A stretch of DNA of 63,467 nucleotides, counting the filler, from Vannella sp. (taxonomy: Eukaryota), in NCBI GenBank assembly GCA_023345925.1. It is 7 parts of 7 records of this genome, joined end to end, with 100 filler letters (N's around TTAATTAATTAA, not from the genome) between each part and the next. Parts side by side here need not be neighbours in the genome. Positions count along the whole stretch, not along the records: positions 6,555 to 17,553 come from JAJQQN010000222.1; positions 17,654 to 39,630 come from JAJQQN010000999.1; 5 more parts are not named here. The stretch is one strand, 5' to 3'. The notes beneath the pieces were generated by a model. The model saw nothing but the letters and a program-made list of their open reading frames with translations, was not told where the DNA came from and made no database searches. Positions 10,548-21,079 of this stretch are shown one piece after another (the stretch's first letter is position 1; every line of letters begins with the position of its first letter). Both the position numbers and the translations under genes were made by a program.

Positions 10548-13046
10548 TCAGACATCGACATCTTGAGGGAACATCTCTTTTCGCAGACATCGAATGTATG
10601 TCATGCGATCTTGTTGATTGGTGGGCATGCTCTTAGGCCAGGCATGATCTGCCATGAATTCCTCTCTGCTGAAGTCTGCCAGCTCTTCAGGTTGAATATT
10701 CAGTTGGAGGAATCTGATTTCCAAATGATTCACGCACATCTGATAGTCTGATAACTGCTTCTTTGGCTTCTTTGGCTTGTTTGGCTTCACACCCGTTCGT
10801 GACGACTCCAGCTCCTGATCCTTCTCCTCAACGGTCTCATTTAAGAGTGGAGGAGAGGCAGGAGTGTCTGGCTTGGCTTCCAGCTTCTGGTTCTCGGTCG
10901 TGAATAGGCAATTGGGCTTAGCTTGCCTGCCGTTGTGGACGATGGTGAGGATGACCCTCTCGTCTTCCTTGATTTTGATGGACCTGAGTAGATTGGCCAG
11001 CGGGGTGCATTTGAGAGAGAAGGTATCGGCGGTGACTTTGATCTGGAACCAATGCAATCGACTGATCGCAAAGTCAATCGCAGGGAAGTTAACCTTGCTT
11101 GGAATCAACATCAAGTTATCCTCCATCTTGAGATCCATGAGACGATTCTTGCTCTCTTGCACAGACTCGTCGATCGATTTGGTCCGAGAGCCGTGATCCT
11201 CCTCAATAGTTGTGGTATCCATGATGCGCTTTCTCGCATTCGGTTCACCATCCGGATGCGTTCCAGTGACGGATTTATGCACAGTGCGCATGCCTCCACC
11301 ACGCAAAAGCGAGATGGCAGCAAGTTCAAATTCCCAGCCTCCCGCGGAGCCTTCCGCTATGTTGAGAATATCATAGTATCGATCGGAAATGGTGGCACAG
11401 GCGAAGTCATTCAGCGTCAGTGTTGCTGTTTTCCAGTCCGACTCTTTGATTCCATCTAGATTGTACAGAAGGCTGGTGCTGTTGAGGGCTCCGTCTCTGG
11501 CAGGGGTTACTTTGAACTGCGTCCTCATCAGGATGGTGAGATCCGCAACTTTCATTCCCTCGCTTTTTGTCTTCGCAGCATCCTTGATGTTCCTCAATCG
11601 TTCTTTGAACTGGTCCAAGTTGAAGATGTACCGTGGCGAAGGGACGCCCAAAAGACGGACACGGTGCGCCACTTCAATCTTGCGCATCATAAGCTCTGTT
11701 GGATCAAGAATCTCCTTGGATGTTGATGTTGCAGAATCTGGTTTGTTTGGGCACCAGAGGATTGGGGTCATGGCGATGATCTCTTCCATGGTGGGGAGCG
11801 GTACAAATAAGACCAAATGATCCTTACTAGCGTTTGGATAATGGGCGACATTGTTCGAGCAGAATACAATTCCACTCGCTACTCCAAGCATGGTTACCAC
11901 AGTGGCTTTCTCGGAAGGATCGACCAAGCACACCATGCGAGGATCCTCGTTCAAACAACTTCTTCTCCATTGATCGGTTTTCGTCCTCCATACCTCGTAG
12001 GTGCCATCCCCGCGTGGAGCAAACAAAAGAGCTTCCCCTGTTTTGTAGTTAAGCCGGACAACAGCAGCTCCTTCTGCAAGCAGCTTCATAAGAGCGAAGG
12101 ACAACAGTCCACGGGTCTTGCCGATGCCAGGTTGGCCCACTACGTACGCCCTCTTGCCTTCTTGAACGCGCTTAAGCGCTCTCTCGGCTACTGGCAATGT
12201 TGCCCGCCGGATAATGATGATCGGGCCGGATTCACTCGCAAGGGCATCATGCTCAAGAGGTGGCCCTTCCGGTTTGAGGGCGTACACATCATCGCCCAGG
12301 TATTGGATGTGGTCCGATGCAAACGTCTCCTCCATTCCTTGGGAGAAGTCGTGGTTCTTGATACGATTGTCGAACGCGAGCCCAAGTTCTTTGTGGCTGT
12401 TGGCTGTAGAGTCCAGTTCGGGAGCGCGTTTCCATTTGACTCCCGTGTCTTTGATCTTCATCTCTACCACCTTCCCTACCTTCTTCTCCAACGCCAGCTT
12501 CTTCTTCTCCAATGCCACCTTCTTCTTCTCCAGCGCCGCCTCTTTCTTCTCGACCGCCTTTCTCGCCTTCGCAACAGCCAGCCTCTTATTTTTCGCGTTC
12601 GCTCCAGCCAACTTCGTGTTCGTCCCTGCTCCTGGCATGTTCTCCTCCACTTGCTCCTTGAGTACCATCGATTCCGCCACCTCCGACTCCAACATCACCA
12701 CCTCCAACATCTCTTGCTCACACTTGACCATCAGGTTCTTCACCAACTCCAACTCCGCCACCACTGAATCCACTTGTGCTTGAGTGGTTGGCTGGCGAAC
12801 GGGGAACATCGCCCTCCGAAAGTCGGATGCTCGTTCAGGCCAGCTTTGAGCAGAGACGGTCAACATTGCGTTTGAAGAGCCCCAATAGGGATCACTGGCT
12901 GCGAGGCTCAAGTATGAGATGGAGAACGTTCTGTTGCTGGCAACTGGCAAGCGGTAGTGGGGCCTCAAACAGCGTCCCGACTCAGCCGAGAATCCCTTGA
13001 GGTGAGAGCATCTCTTCCAAAGTGTTACAGACGCTCGCTGGAGCAT
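10548..13046 (-). CDS. Crinkler/RHS (CR)-type protein: mitochondrial-like presequence, coiled coil, P-loop NTPase, PD-(D/E)xK REase-fold domain
   Basis: Walker A 'VVGQPGIGKT', Walker B-like 'VCLVDP', 'LGVPSPRYIF', then 'GWEFE', 'IPSKVNFPAIDF', 'WFQIKV'. Intronless; likely start ATG at 13046 (MLQRASVTLWKRCSHL). Confidence 0.75.
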   Translation of the reverse strand: MLQRASVTLWKRCSHLKGFSAESGRCLRPHYRLPVASNRTFSISYLSLAASDPYWGSSNAMLTVSAQSWPERASDFRRAMFPVRQPTTQAQVDSVVAELELVKNLMVKCEQEMLEVVMLESEVAESMVLKEQVEENMPGAGTNTKLAGANAKNKRLAVAKARKAVEKKEAALEKKKVALEKKKLALEKKVGKVVEMKIKDTGVKWKRAPELDSTANSHKELGLAFDNRIKNHDFSQGMEETFASDHIQYLGDDVYALKPEGPPLEHDALASESGPIIIIRRATLPVAERALKRVQEGKRAYVVGQPGIGKTRGLLSFALMKLLAEGAAVVRLNYKTGEALLFAPRGDGTYEVWRTKTDQWRRSCLNEDPRMVCLVDPSEKATVVTMLGVASGIVFCSNNVAHYPNASKDHLVLFVPLPTMEEIIAMTPILWCPNKPDSATSTSKEILDPTELMMRKIEVAHRVRLLGVPSPRYIFNLDQFKERLRNIKDAAKTKSEGMKVADLTILMRTQFKVTPARDGALNSTSLLYNLDGIKESDWKTATLTLNDFACATISDRYYDILNIAEGSAGGWEFELAAISLLRGGGMRTVHKSVTGTHPDGEPNARKRIMDTTTIEEDHGSRTKSIDESVQESKNRLMDLKMEDNLMLIPSKVNFPAIDFAISRLHWFQIKVTADTFSLKCTPLANLLRSIKIKEDERVILTIVHNGRQAKPNCLFTTENQKLEAKPDTPASPPLLNETVEEKDQELESSRTGVKPNKPKKPKKQLSDYQMCVNHLEIRFLQLNIQPEELADFSREEFMADHAWPKSMPTNQQDRMTYIRCLRKEMFPQDVDV

Positions 13047-13206
13047 GCTGTGTCGCAACAGAGGAGGGGAAGTTGCAACTCCAAAGACGAAATGTTCGGA
13101 AACCGACGCTTTTATTTCGTCATTATTACAATCACCCTCTCCACAAGGGGTGATATCACGTCCTTCCACCCCAACAAGCCTTGCTTTGGCTCAAGTCAAG
13201 TTGACA

Positions 13207-13565
13207 GAAATCAATGACCGTCTGCACACGAGTTTGCTGTAACATGACTTCGCTTACCCATACCTCATACGCACGCTGGGTTCGAAGCGTTGTGAGAGCT
13301 GCTGGGTCGGTAACCGCACTCTGTTGGGCCTCCCACTCGTCCCTTAAGACTCTCCAGGGCATGGAACGGACTTCTTTGGTGTCGTACCACTTCAAGAGGC
13401 TCTTCTGAATGCTCTGGATCTCCTCTTCTCCCTTCCATTCCATGGGGAAAGTTGGAAACACGGTAGAAGCGAGCTCCTCGATGTCTACAAGCGCTTCCTC
13501 TTCACTGATCTCTTCAGCATCCTCGATGGGATCATCATCCGCCTCCTGTTGGTCCTCTTCGGCAT
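13207..13565 (-). pseudogene. MUTYH: 5' fragment of adenine DNA glycosylase MutY/MUTYH, truncated after VIDF
   Basis: 'LLKWYD..RSMPWR..RAYEVWVSEVMLQQTRVQTVIDF' is the MutY N-terminus; HhH, catalytic Asp and Fe-S regions are absent. The ATG at 13565 is out of frame with it. Confidence 0.75.
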
Positions 13566-13664
13566 CGAGGAGAGGAAGAAACGGCGGGAAAAGTGCGTTA
13601 ACCAAGAGAGGAGTCTATTTGGTGGACAAAATGAGTTCGTGAGAGCTTTGAAGACGTCTTGTGT

Positions 13665-15283
13665 CTACTGAAGCTCCACATAGTTGGCTGGGAACATGCC
13701 AGATTCGCCAGAAGCGTTGGTTCCAGTGTACCAGCCGGCCACTTCCGATGTGATCGTGATTACCTCACCTACAGCCACTGACAGCTCATCTGAGGAAGAG
13801 GAAATGAACTCGAACTTGCCCTGGCAAGCGAAGGATTAGATCGGTGGGGCAGGGAAGGAAGGAGGACTTACGACGCAGCGCTTCTCGCCAGGTGGTGGCC
13901 CAGCAGCTGGTGCTGAACCTTTGATTAGCTCTACGTAGTTACCAGGGAACATGCCAGCCTTGCCGTGGCACTCTCCTTCCCACCATCCGCTATCATCTTG
14001 CTTGGTGACTGTGATGATGTCTCCCACGCCGAAGCCAAGCTCTGTGGCATCTGCAGCTGCATACTCGAACAGGGCCTTAGCCTGAGGTCGGCTGGTAGGA
14101 GTAGCTGCTGCACGTGTGCCCCCTGGAGTGGGGAGTGGAGCAGCAGTTGAGGGAGGAGTCGACTCTACTGGTCGGGACACTGCAACAGCGGCTGGGACAC
14201 TCTTCTTCTTGAACTGTTCGTGTTTGCCCTTGTAAGCTTCGTATTCCGTAGGGCGAGGGGGCTGAAGTCCGGTCTTGTTGGCCAAAAGGAAGTTTTGGAT
14301 GTCATCCATTCCATTCACCTTGGCCACAGCCTCCTTGTACGCCTTCTCCTGCTCTATGATATCATCTACCAGACTCTGCTGTGCAGTGACGATCATATCC
14401 ATGACGTCCTTGAGTTTGCTCACTCGGCGCTCCTCCATCGCCCCAAAGTCCTGTTAAACGTGAGTACTGGTGCCAGTGAGACTGTTTGTATACGTACCTT
14501 GAGGATCTCTTTCATACTCTCCTCGTACTTGACTTGGAACGACTGGAACTCGCTCAATTGGGTTTGATAAGCAGTGTCTGCGACTTCTGCTTCCTTCTTC
14601 TGCTTGTTAAAGGCTGCGCTAAGCTTAGAGATGTTCTTTGCAGTGATCGTAGGATCCTGTTGTGCCTTCTCCTGCGCAATTAGAGCGTTCTCTGCCACCT
14701 CAGTCTTCTTGTGGTAGTTCTGCATGGCCGACCGCACGCCTGCGCGTCCCTTCTCCAAGTCACGGTTAAGGTTGGCCACATTGGTAACATGCTAGACTCC
14801 TGTCAGCACCGCCACGACCTCCTGAAAGGACGACATACCGTATCCCTTTGGCGAGTGAAGTCTTTCTTGAAAGTGGCGAGTTCGACCGAGTTCTTGCGGT
14901 AGACTTCCGCAAGAGTCAAGCGAGACTTTGCTAACTCTTCTGTTTGCGTTCGGAAGGCGCCCCATCCTGCACCGACGGTGCTATAAAGAGAACATGAGCC
15001 AAATATGCCCCTTTGTCAAAGAACACAGTCACCCACCCGTTCTCTGCTACAGTAGGTGGTTTGGCAAAAAGAGCTTGCATCTTGCGAGCTGTGTCCACTT
15101 CGATAGCGATAGCGCCGCGGTTCTCCAGAAACTTGATAAACTCGCCCGGTACGTTTCCCTTCATCAAAGCGATCTGTAACTTGCTTCATGCCATCCTAGC
15201 ACCTCCTTGTCAACCTCACAGAGTATGCCAACGCTTCTACACTCACCCAGAGGTGTTGTTCGTACGTGAACTGCTCGGCCATG
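13665..15283 (-). CDS. F-BAR domain protein with two C-terminal SH3 domains; apparent frameshift near 15147
   Basis: FCH start 'FTYEQHLW|DGMKQV..EFIKFLENR..IEVD', helical BAR region, SH3s 'ALFEY..ELGF..GWWEG..GMFPGNYV' and 'ELSV..GWYTG..GMFPANYVEL*'. Confidence 0.85.
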
Positions 15284-15627
15284 ACCACCTGCAGAGGCGC
15301 ACCAAAGAATGAGTCGTCTGCTTCCTAGCTCTCCTTGCACTCGAGTTTGACACTCTTGTGAGCTTAATGAAGTACAGATACCTTCCTGCAAGCCATTGCG
15401 GCTCCTGCTGATGGCCCTCCTCACTGTTTGAGGAAGAGTAGGTGGGAGGAGGATGAATGGGAGATGTAGAACAGGAACTGGGAGTTTAGAGGCTCCGCCT
15501 TTGGAAGATGAGTCAATCTACCTCCCTATGGCTGAGGAAGGGCTCGCCTGAAGGAGGTAATGGCGACATTTCCCTGCTGGACCTTTCCACCAGCACGTGC
15601 CTCGTCACTACTTGACTTACGCGCGTT

Positions 15628-17553
15628 ATGGACCGTGAGTGGGAGACGATCGAAGACATGTTCCAAACAGAAGCTATTGAGACCGGTCTGGAAGGCGAGG
15701 GGGAATCAGAGGGGCTCCAAGCAAGCCTTTCCGACTTTCTTCCCGAGCAGACTCCACGCCAGGAGGAGGTTCTCACTCTGCTGGCTGATCCTACATCTTC
15801 TGAGATACCTGTGGATGGAGAAAACACTCCAATAGTGCCGGATGGGGAGGAAGAAGAGCAGTTGTCTGTCTACATGTCGGATGTGCAAGAAGAGCTCTTC
15901 GTTGGAGCTCCTGTTGATGTTGAGACGGTCGAGGTAGACGACTTTGACTTCTTCTCCATGTCTGGAAGCCACGCCAATGACGAGTTCGGGATCATTGCTG
16001 TGGACAGCAGTCTTGACCCTTTCGGATCAGATCTCTTTCCTCCAAGCTCTGGAGGCGGCTATGAAGCTCCCTCGTACGAAACATATCCACTAGAAGATGA
16101 TTCAGAGCGTCAAGAGGAGGCTCCTTCCACTTACGATCCTTTTGGATTCGATGGAGGGTCTGTAAGTGTGGATTACTTTGGCTTTGAGCCCTCTCCAGCA
16201 ATCGCCAGTGAAGGAGGCGTAGACAGTGAAGGATGGGATAACATCAACGCGTCTACAGGATCCTATGAGCCATGGGATGGACAGAACCCTGAAGACCCGT
16301 CTGAGACCATGCAAGAGGAGGCTCCCTCCACTTACGATCCTTTCGGGTTCGATGGAGGGTCTGTTAGTGTGGACTACTTCGGCTTTGAAGCTTCTCCAGC
16401 GACTCCAGGCGAGGAAGGCTTCCTCAATGAGCAGCAAAACATCGAAGATCCTTCTGCAGGCGTTTCTTATGCACCTTGGGACGAGCAAAGGGTGGAGGAT
16501 TCTTCGACGGATCCATTTGGAGGGGAATCTACGATGTGGGACAACCAGGGGGATGACTTTGGCTGGAATTCCGTCGGAGGAGAGGGCCAGGATGATTTTA
16601 GCTCTTTGGGACATCCTGATGAGTTCACAGTACCTCAACAGGGATCATTCGGTAACTCTTCTTCACTCCCAGCTTCACAAAAGCCAGCAGTCGTCGACAG
16701 AGCTCCTGTTGAAGAAGTGACTGAGCTGCCATCCGACCTGTTTGGATCAGGACCTTCTGAATTTGATGGTTTTAGCAGCTTTCAAGAAGAGACTCCGGCT
16801 ACCATGCCCAGCAGAGGAGGATTTGATGATTTTGGGTTCTCACAAGAATCCTGTGCCGCTGACTTTGATCTCGGTTTGGGCGGAGATGGCAATGTTGGCT
16901 TTCATTTTGAGCCTCAACCAAGTATTGTGCCTTCACAGCCTTTGGCTACTCAGGGGGTGTTGCCCCCATTCAGTCCTTTTGCGTATAATCCTGTGCTTTC
17001 AGTATCTTCCCCGAATCTGAGTCGTTCTCCAGCTCCTCTGCCTGTCAGCACTCAGCCTTGGCAAGCTCGCGTTCCAGTTTCAGTTCCAACTGCTGTTGCT
17101 TTACCCCAAGCAGTCACCCTTCAGAGGAGCGCGGTTAATGTGGGGGGGGGAATCTCAGTGTTCCAGCCGGCCTTTGTCCCTCTTCCCATCAATTCAGTCT
17201 CTTCGTTTCTGCCCATATCTCCTCCGAGCTGGGGAGATGATCAGGGTTTTAGCTCAGTCCCGCTAGTTTCCCAACCAAAAGGGGTCTCTCCCTTCCAACC
17301 ATATCATGATGTAGACTCTATCTCTCCAGGAGACTGTATTGAGCTCCCCAGGGCTCCTCATTGCACGTTTGCCTTTGGATTTGGAGGAACATTTGTCACT
17401 TGTGGAGGTAAGGAAGGGTCAAGCTCCCTCAAAATCCACCGCACAAAGGACCTTTTAAGTGCTTCTCCCTTTTACAAAGCCATGGAAAGCTTCCCTGGTC
17501 CTCTGACGGCCTCCTCCGGACCGCGCAAAATCCTTCCGTTCATCCAAACGAAG
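15628..17553 (+). CDS. SEC16: COPII scaffold Sec16 (5' part; start uncertain; cut by contig end)
   Basis: Long acidic disordered N-terminus followed by 'PHCTFAFGFGG...FPGPL', the start of the Sec16 conserved domain. Confidence 0.7.
16111..16401 (+). repeat. Internal coding duplication (about 90 bp, copies 201 bp apart): QEEAPSTYDPFGFDGGSVSVDYFGFE x2
   Basis: Copies at 16111 and 16312 have an identical peptide with several synonymous differences. Confidence 0.9.
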
Positions 17554-17653
17554 NNNNNNNNNNNNNNNNNNNNNNNNNNNNNNNNNNNNNNNNNNNNTTA
17601 ATTAATTAANNNNNNNNNNNNNNNNNNNNNNNNNNNNNNNNNNNNNNNNNNNN
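17554..17653. other. Artificial contig linker
   Basis: N44-TTAATTAATTAA-N44. Confidence 0.97.
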
Positions 17654-17742
17654 GCCGCAGGGCTCCATTCTTTGGCGTTCCCACAGGAAGGCGGCCTGCT
17701 GGTCTGCGGATTCAACCAATACGGACAACTTGGACTCCAATA
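17654..17742 (+). other. RCC1-repeat coding fragment inverted relative to the adjacent gene
   Basis: + frame reads AAGLHSLAFPQEGGLLVCGFNQYGQLGLQ. Confidence 0.75.
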
Positions 17743-17747
17743 CAGTC

Positions 17748-18610
17748 TTTCAATGAAGAGACCAGGGTAGGCTGGGGCTGATTGGAAGTTCTGCCCGTCC
17801 CCAATTGCCAATATCCACCGAATCCCCAAGCCCAGGCATCGCCACTCTCATCAAGAGAGAGAGTGTGATGCCATCCACAAGAGGCTGCAAGCATGGGAGG
17901 GATGTTTTCGATTCTTCCAAGCTTCTTAACATCCCCAGGAGAGCGCCCCAGTTGGCCAGTGTTGTTGTTTCCAGCAGAAAAGACGCCTCCTTGTGCGTCG
18001 ATGAGAATCACTCCATCTTGGAGGGCAGCTAGGCATCGTAACGGTCCTTCTATGTAGTCATCTACCTGGAGGAGAGTTGGTTGAAGAGCGCTATTGGTGT
18101 GGCCGAGGCCCAGTTGCCCTTGGGAGTTGTTGCCCAACACCCAGATGCCTTCCTCGGCCTCTCCCACGAGGAAGTTGAGACCGCAAGCCACCTTGATGAT
18201 TGGAGGAAGGTCTACCAATCTTTGAGGAAGAGAACTCGCCCAAGAGAGATCGGTCTTGCCCGTCCACACCCAAAGGCCGCCTTCGGTGTCGAGGGCAGCG
18301 CTGTGATACTCGCCAGCAGCCACCAAAGCAATGGAAGGGAGGCCGTGGACCTGTTGAAAGGAGGAAAAGGATATAGAGGGCCCTGAACAACCAGCCTCCC
18401 ACACACCGCCCTCCGCATCAAGGACGAGGGAGTGGGAGTATCCCCAGTCCACCTGAACCGGCTGTGGCCCATTCCAAGGGACCTGCGCTGGCACCGATTG
18501 GTTATTCCTGTGGCAGAGACCGAGTTGGCCCTCGTTGTTGCTTCCAAAAGCCCAAAGGCCCCCTTCAGGAGAGAGGAGGAGCGTGTGGAAGCCACAAAAG
18601 GCATCCCAAG
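17748..18610 (-). CDS. RCC1/BLIP-II repeat protein, incomplete at both ends
   Basis: Repeated 'xxGxxHSL.LD..G.VW..G.N..GQLGLG' units. The frame extends upstream to 'CGFHTLLLSPEGGLWAFGSNNEGQLGL' without an ATG. Confidence 0.8.
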
Positions 18611-18806
18611 AATGAAAAGGACCAAAAAATGAAATCAGCCCAAAAGCCTTATCCTGAAGAGATGGAGTTCATAAGGACAAACTACTCAAACACACGTTTT
18701 ACCCTTTTCTTCACCAAGTCCGTCTCCAAGTCCAAGTTTGCCTGTTGAAGCTACTTCTGGAAGGCATGAAGCACTTCCTAGACCCAAAATCAAGCATATC
18801 TGAAGG

Positions 18807-20884
18807 ATGCAGGGGGCGTCGCACCCTCTCCCGCCCTTCTTTTGGGAGGAAGTCACTGTGGAGAGCATTCAGGCTGCTCAAGAGCTGATCTTGAAGGATA
18901 CAGTGTCTCTGGGACGATCAATAGCGTCCTTACCGGACGAAGCGCTGAGCTTTGCGAGTTGCATCGAGCCTTTGATGGCTCCGCCTAACTACAAGACGAA
19001 CCCGGCGCTTTGCCAAGCCAAGTTCCTTCAGCACTGTTCTACGGATAGAGACATACGAGTGGCTGCGAAACAGGCCGGTCTAGCCTTTGCTAAGGCCAGA
19101 ATAGGACAGCGAATGGACAAAGGAGTGTACGAACGTGTCCAGCACTACGCTCGTCACTCTGCAGAGGTTGAGACTCTCTCGGAGTATCAAAAGCACTTCC
19201 TTAATGCTCTTCTAGCCGACTTTAAGCGAAGCGGGCTTGGTCTTGAGGAAAACGAACAAGCGGAGCTCGTTATCTTGCTGGAGAAGGATGCAGAGCTATG
19301 TGGAGCATATGGAACTAATCTCAGTAGTGATGATACTCGTCTTCGATTCACTAGAGAGCAGTTAGAGGGTGTCAGTTCCAAGTTTCTCGAGAGCCATGTG
19401 GTGTCGGAAGCTGTTGAAGGAGGCAGAGACATTGAGATCACTCTCAAGTACCCTGATATCCTTCCCGTACTCAACAGTTGTGTAGTAGCAGAGACTCGTA
19501 AGCAGCTGACCATTGTACGGGGGACTGTGTACGGAAACAATCTCGAACTCCTTGCAGAAGCCATTCTCACCCGTCAGAAGCTTGCAAAGCTCCTTGGCTA
19601 CGAACACTATGCAGGTAAGAGAGCTCCTCACAGCACATACGTACACTGGAGTGACCTGGGCGGGAATTAGACTACATCACAGCAAAGAGAATGACTGGAA
19701 GTGCTCGAGTAGTCTCTGACTTCCTCTCTACACTTCAAGACAAGGTAAAGGGACCAGGAGAACTGGAATTGGCCCGCCTACTGGCTCTCAAGAAGAGTCA
19801 CTTGGAGAGCCGGGGCGAAGAATTCGATGGAAAGATCAATTCATGGGACTACGCCTTCTACCATGAGAAGCTGATGGTAGAAGAGTACGGAGTAGACGAA
19901 GAAGTCATCCGCCAATACTTCCCCGCTGATGTGATTGTCCGAGAGACATTGATCATCTATCAGGAGCTTTTAAGTCTCCAATTCGAGGAGATCTTCGAGT
20001 TCCAGGCATGGCACAAAGATGTTAGACTCTTCTCTGTGTACGATGCGTCTGTATCTTCGGGGGGGAAGCACTTGGGACACTTCTATTTGGATCTGCACCC
20101 GAGAGAAGGGAAGTATACGCATGCTGCCATCTTTCACCTGCTCAAGCGGCATAATGAGCAAGGTGTTGTGGATTGTATGCTCACGAACCTCCCTGCTCCA
20201 GTGGGTAATGAGCCTGCCCTACTGACACATGACGATGTTGTGACATTCTTCCACGAGTTTGGGCACATCATGCATAATCTCTGCGGGGAGGGCGAAGCGA
20301 ACAACACCCACCTTGCTAAGTGCCCTCGAGACTTTGTCGAGGCACCCTCTCAGATGCTAGAGAACTGGTGCTGGTCTTCTGAGGTTCTCGGACGTCTTTC
20401 AAGTCACTTTGAAACTAGCGAAAAGCTTCCCCAAAGCCTTCTTGATAAGATGATTGCATCCAAAAACGTCAATGTGGCTCTTTCCACACTCCGCCAGATC
20501 TTTATGGCCTCTCTTGACATCCGCATTCACACCCAACCTCCCGAGTCCGTGCCAGATCTTCAGGCATTGGTGGACCAAATGAAGGCAGACATCTCTCTCA
20601 TCGAGAATACAGACAACTGCAACGTTCTCCGTAGCTTTGGCCACGTTATGAACCAATATGCAGCGGCTTATTACGGTTATCTGTGGTCCGAAGTCATCTC
20701 TGCCGACATGTACCACACCCGCTTCGCTGCTGAAGGCATATTCAACCCATCCACAGGAATGAGCTATCGAAAGAACATCCTTTCTCATGGAGGAGTCGGC
20801 TCTATCATGGAGCACGTCAGCCATTTCCTCGGGCGCCCTCCCGCTCCTGATGCGTTCCTTCGCTCCCGCAATCTCATCCAATAA
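18807..20884 (+). CDS. Thimet oligopeptidase/neurolysin-like M3A metallopeptidase, one intron near 19614-19670
   Basis: 'FYLDLHPREGKYTHAA', zinc motif 'FFHEFGH', 'DFVEAPSQMLENW', 'YYGYLWSEV'. Confidence 0.92.
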
Positions 20885-20952
20885 CTAACAGCTCTCTTCT
20901 CTGTCATTACAAGGTCACTCTAGCAGGCTGAGGCTCTATTTCAGGAGGTAGA

Positions 20953-20980
20953 TTTGGTCACGTGACTTTGGTCACGTGAC
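20953..20980. promoter_or_regulatory. Tandem GTCACGTGAC (extended E-box/CLEAR-type) palindromes
   Basis: (tttggtcacgtgac)x2, 100 bp upstream of the ELMO ATG. Confidence 0.6.
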
Positions 20981-21079
20981 TTTGTCCTCTTGCGGGTCGA
21001 TTGTCCCTTTGGGGGAAGGATTCTTGTAGCAAAGTGATTTTGGGGTGAGAAGGGGATGTTTGGATCATTTTGAGGGAGG

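Noticed and set aside
11817..12783. Long antisense ORFs (316 aa, 189 aa) over the CR gene, and similar shadows such as 37828..38646
   Set aside because: Low-complexity mirror translations of the coding strand with no domain signal
13047..13169. N-terminal 41 aa of the 873-aa ORF as part of the protein, or a MUTYH-CR fusion
   Set aside because: Begins at GTG, lies in promoter-like sequence and is out of frame with the MUTYH fragment; ATG 13046 is the plausible start
6555..15283. Insertional RNA editing or programmed frameshifting as the cause of the broken frames
   Set aside because: Confined to one contig with no shared slippery or editing motif; error or decay is simpler without cDNA evidence
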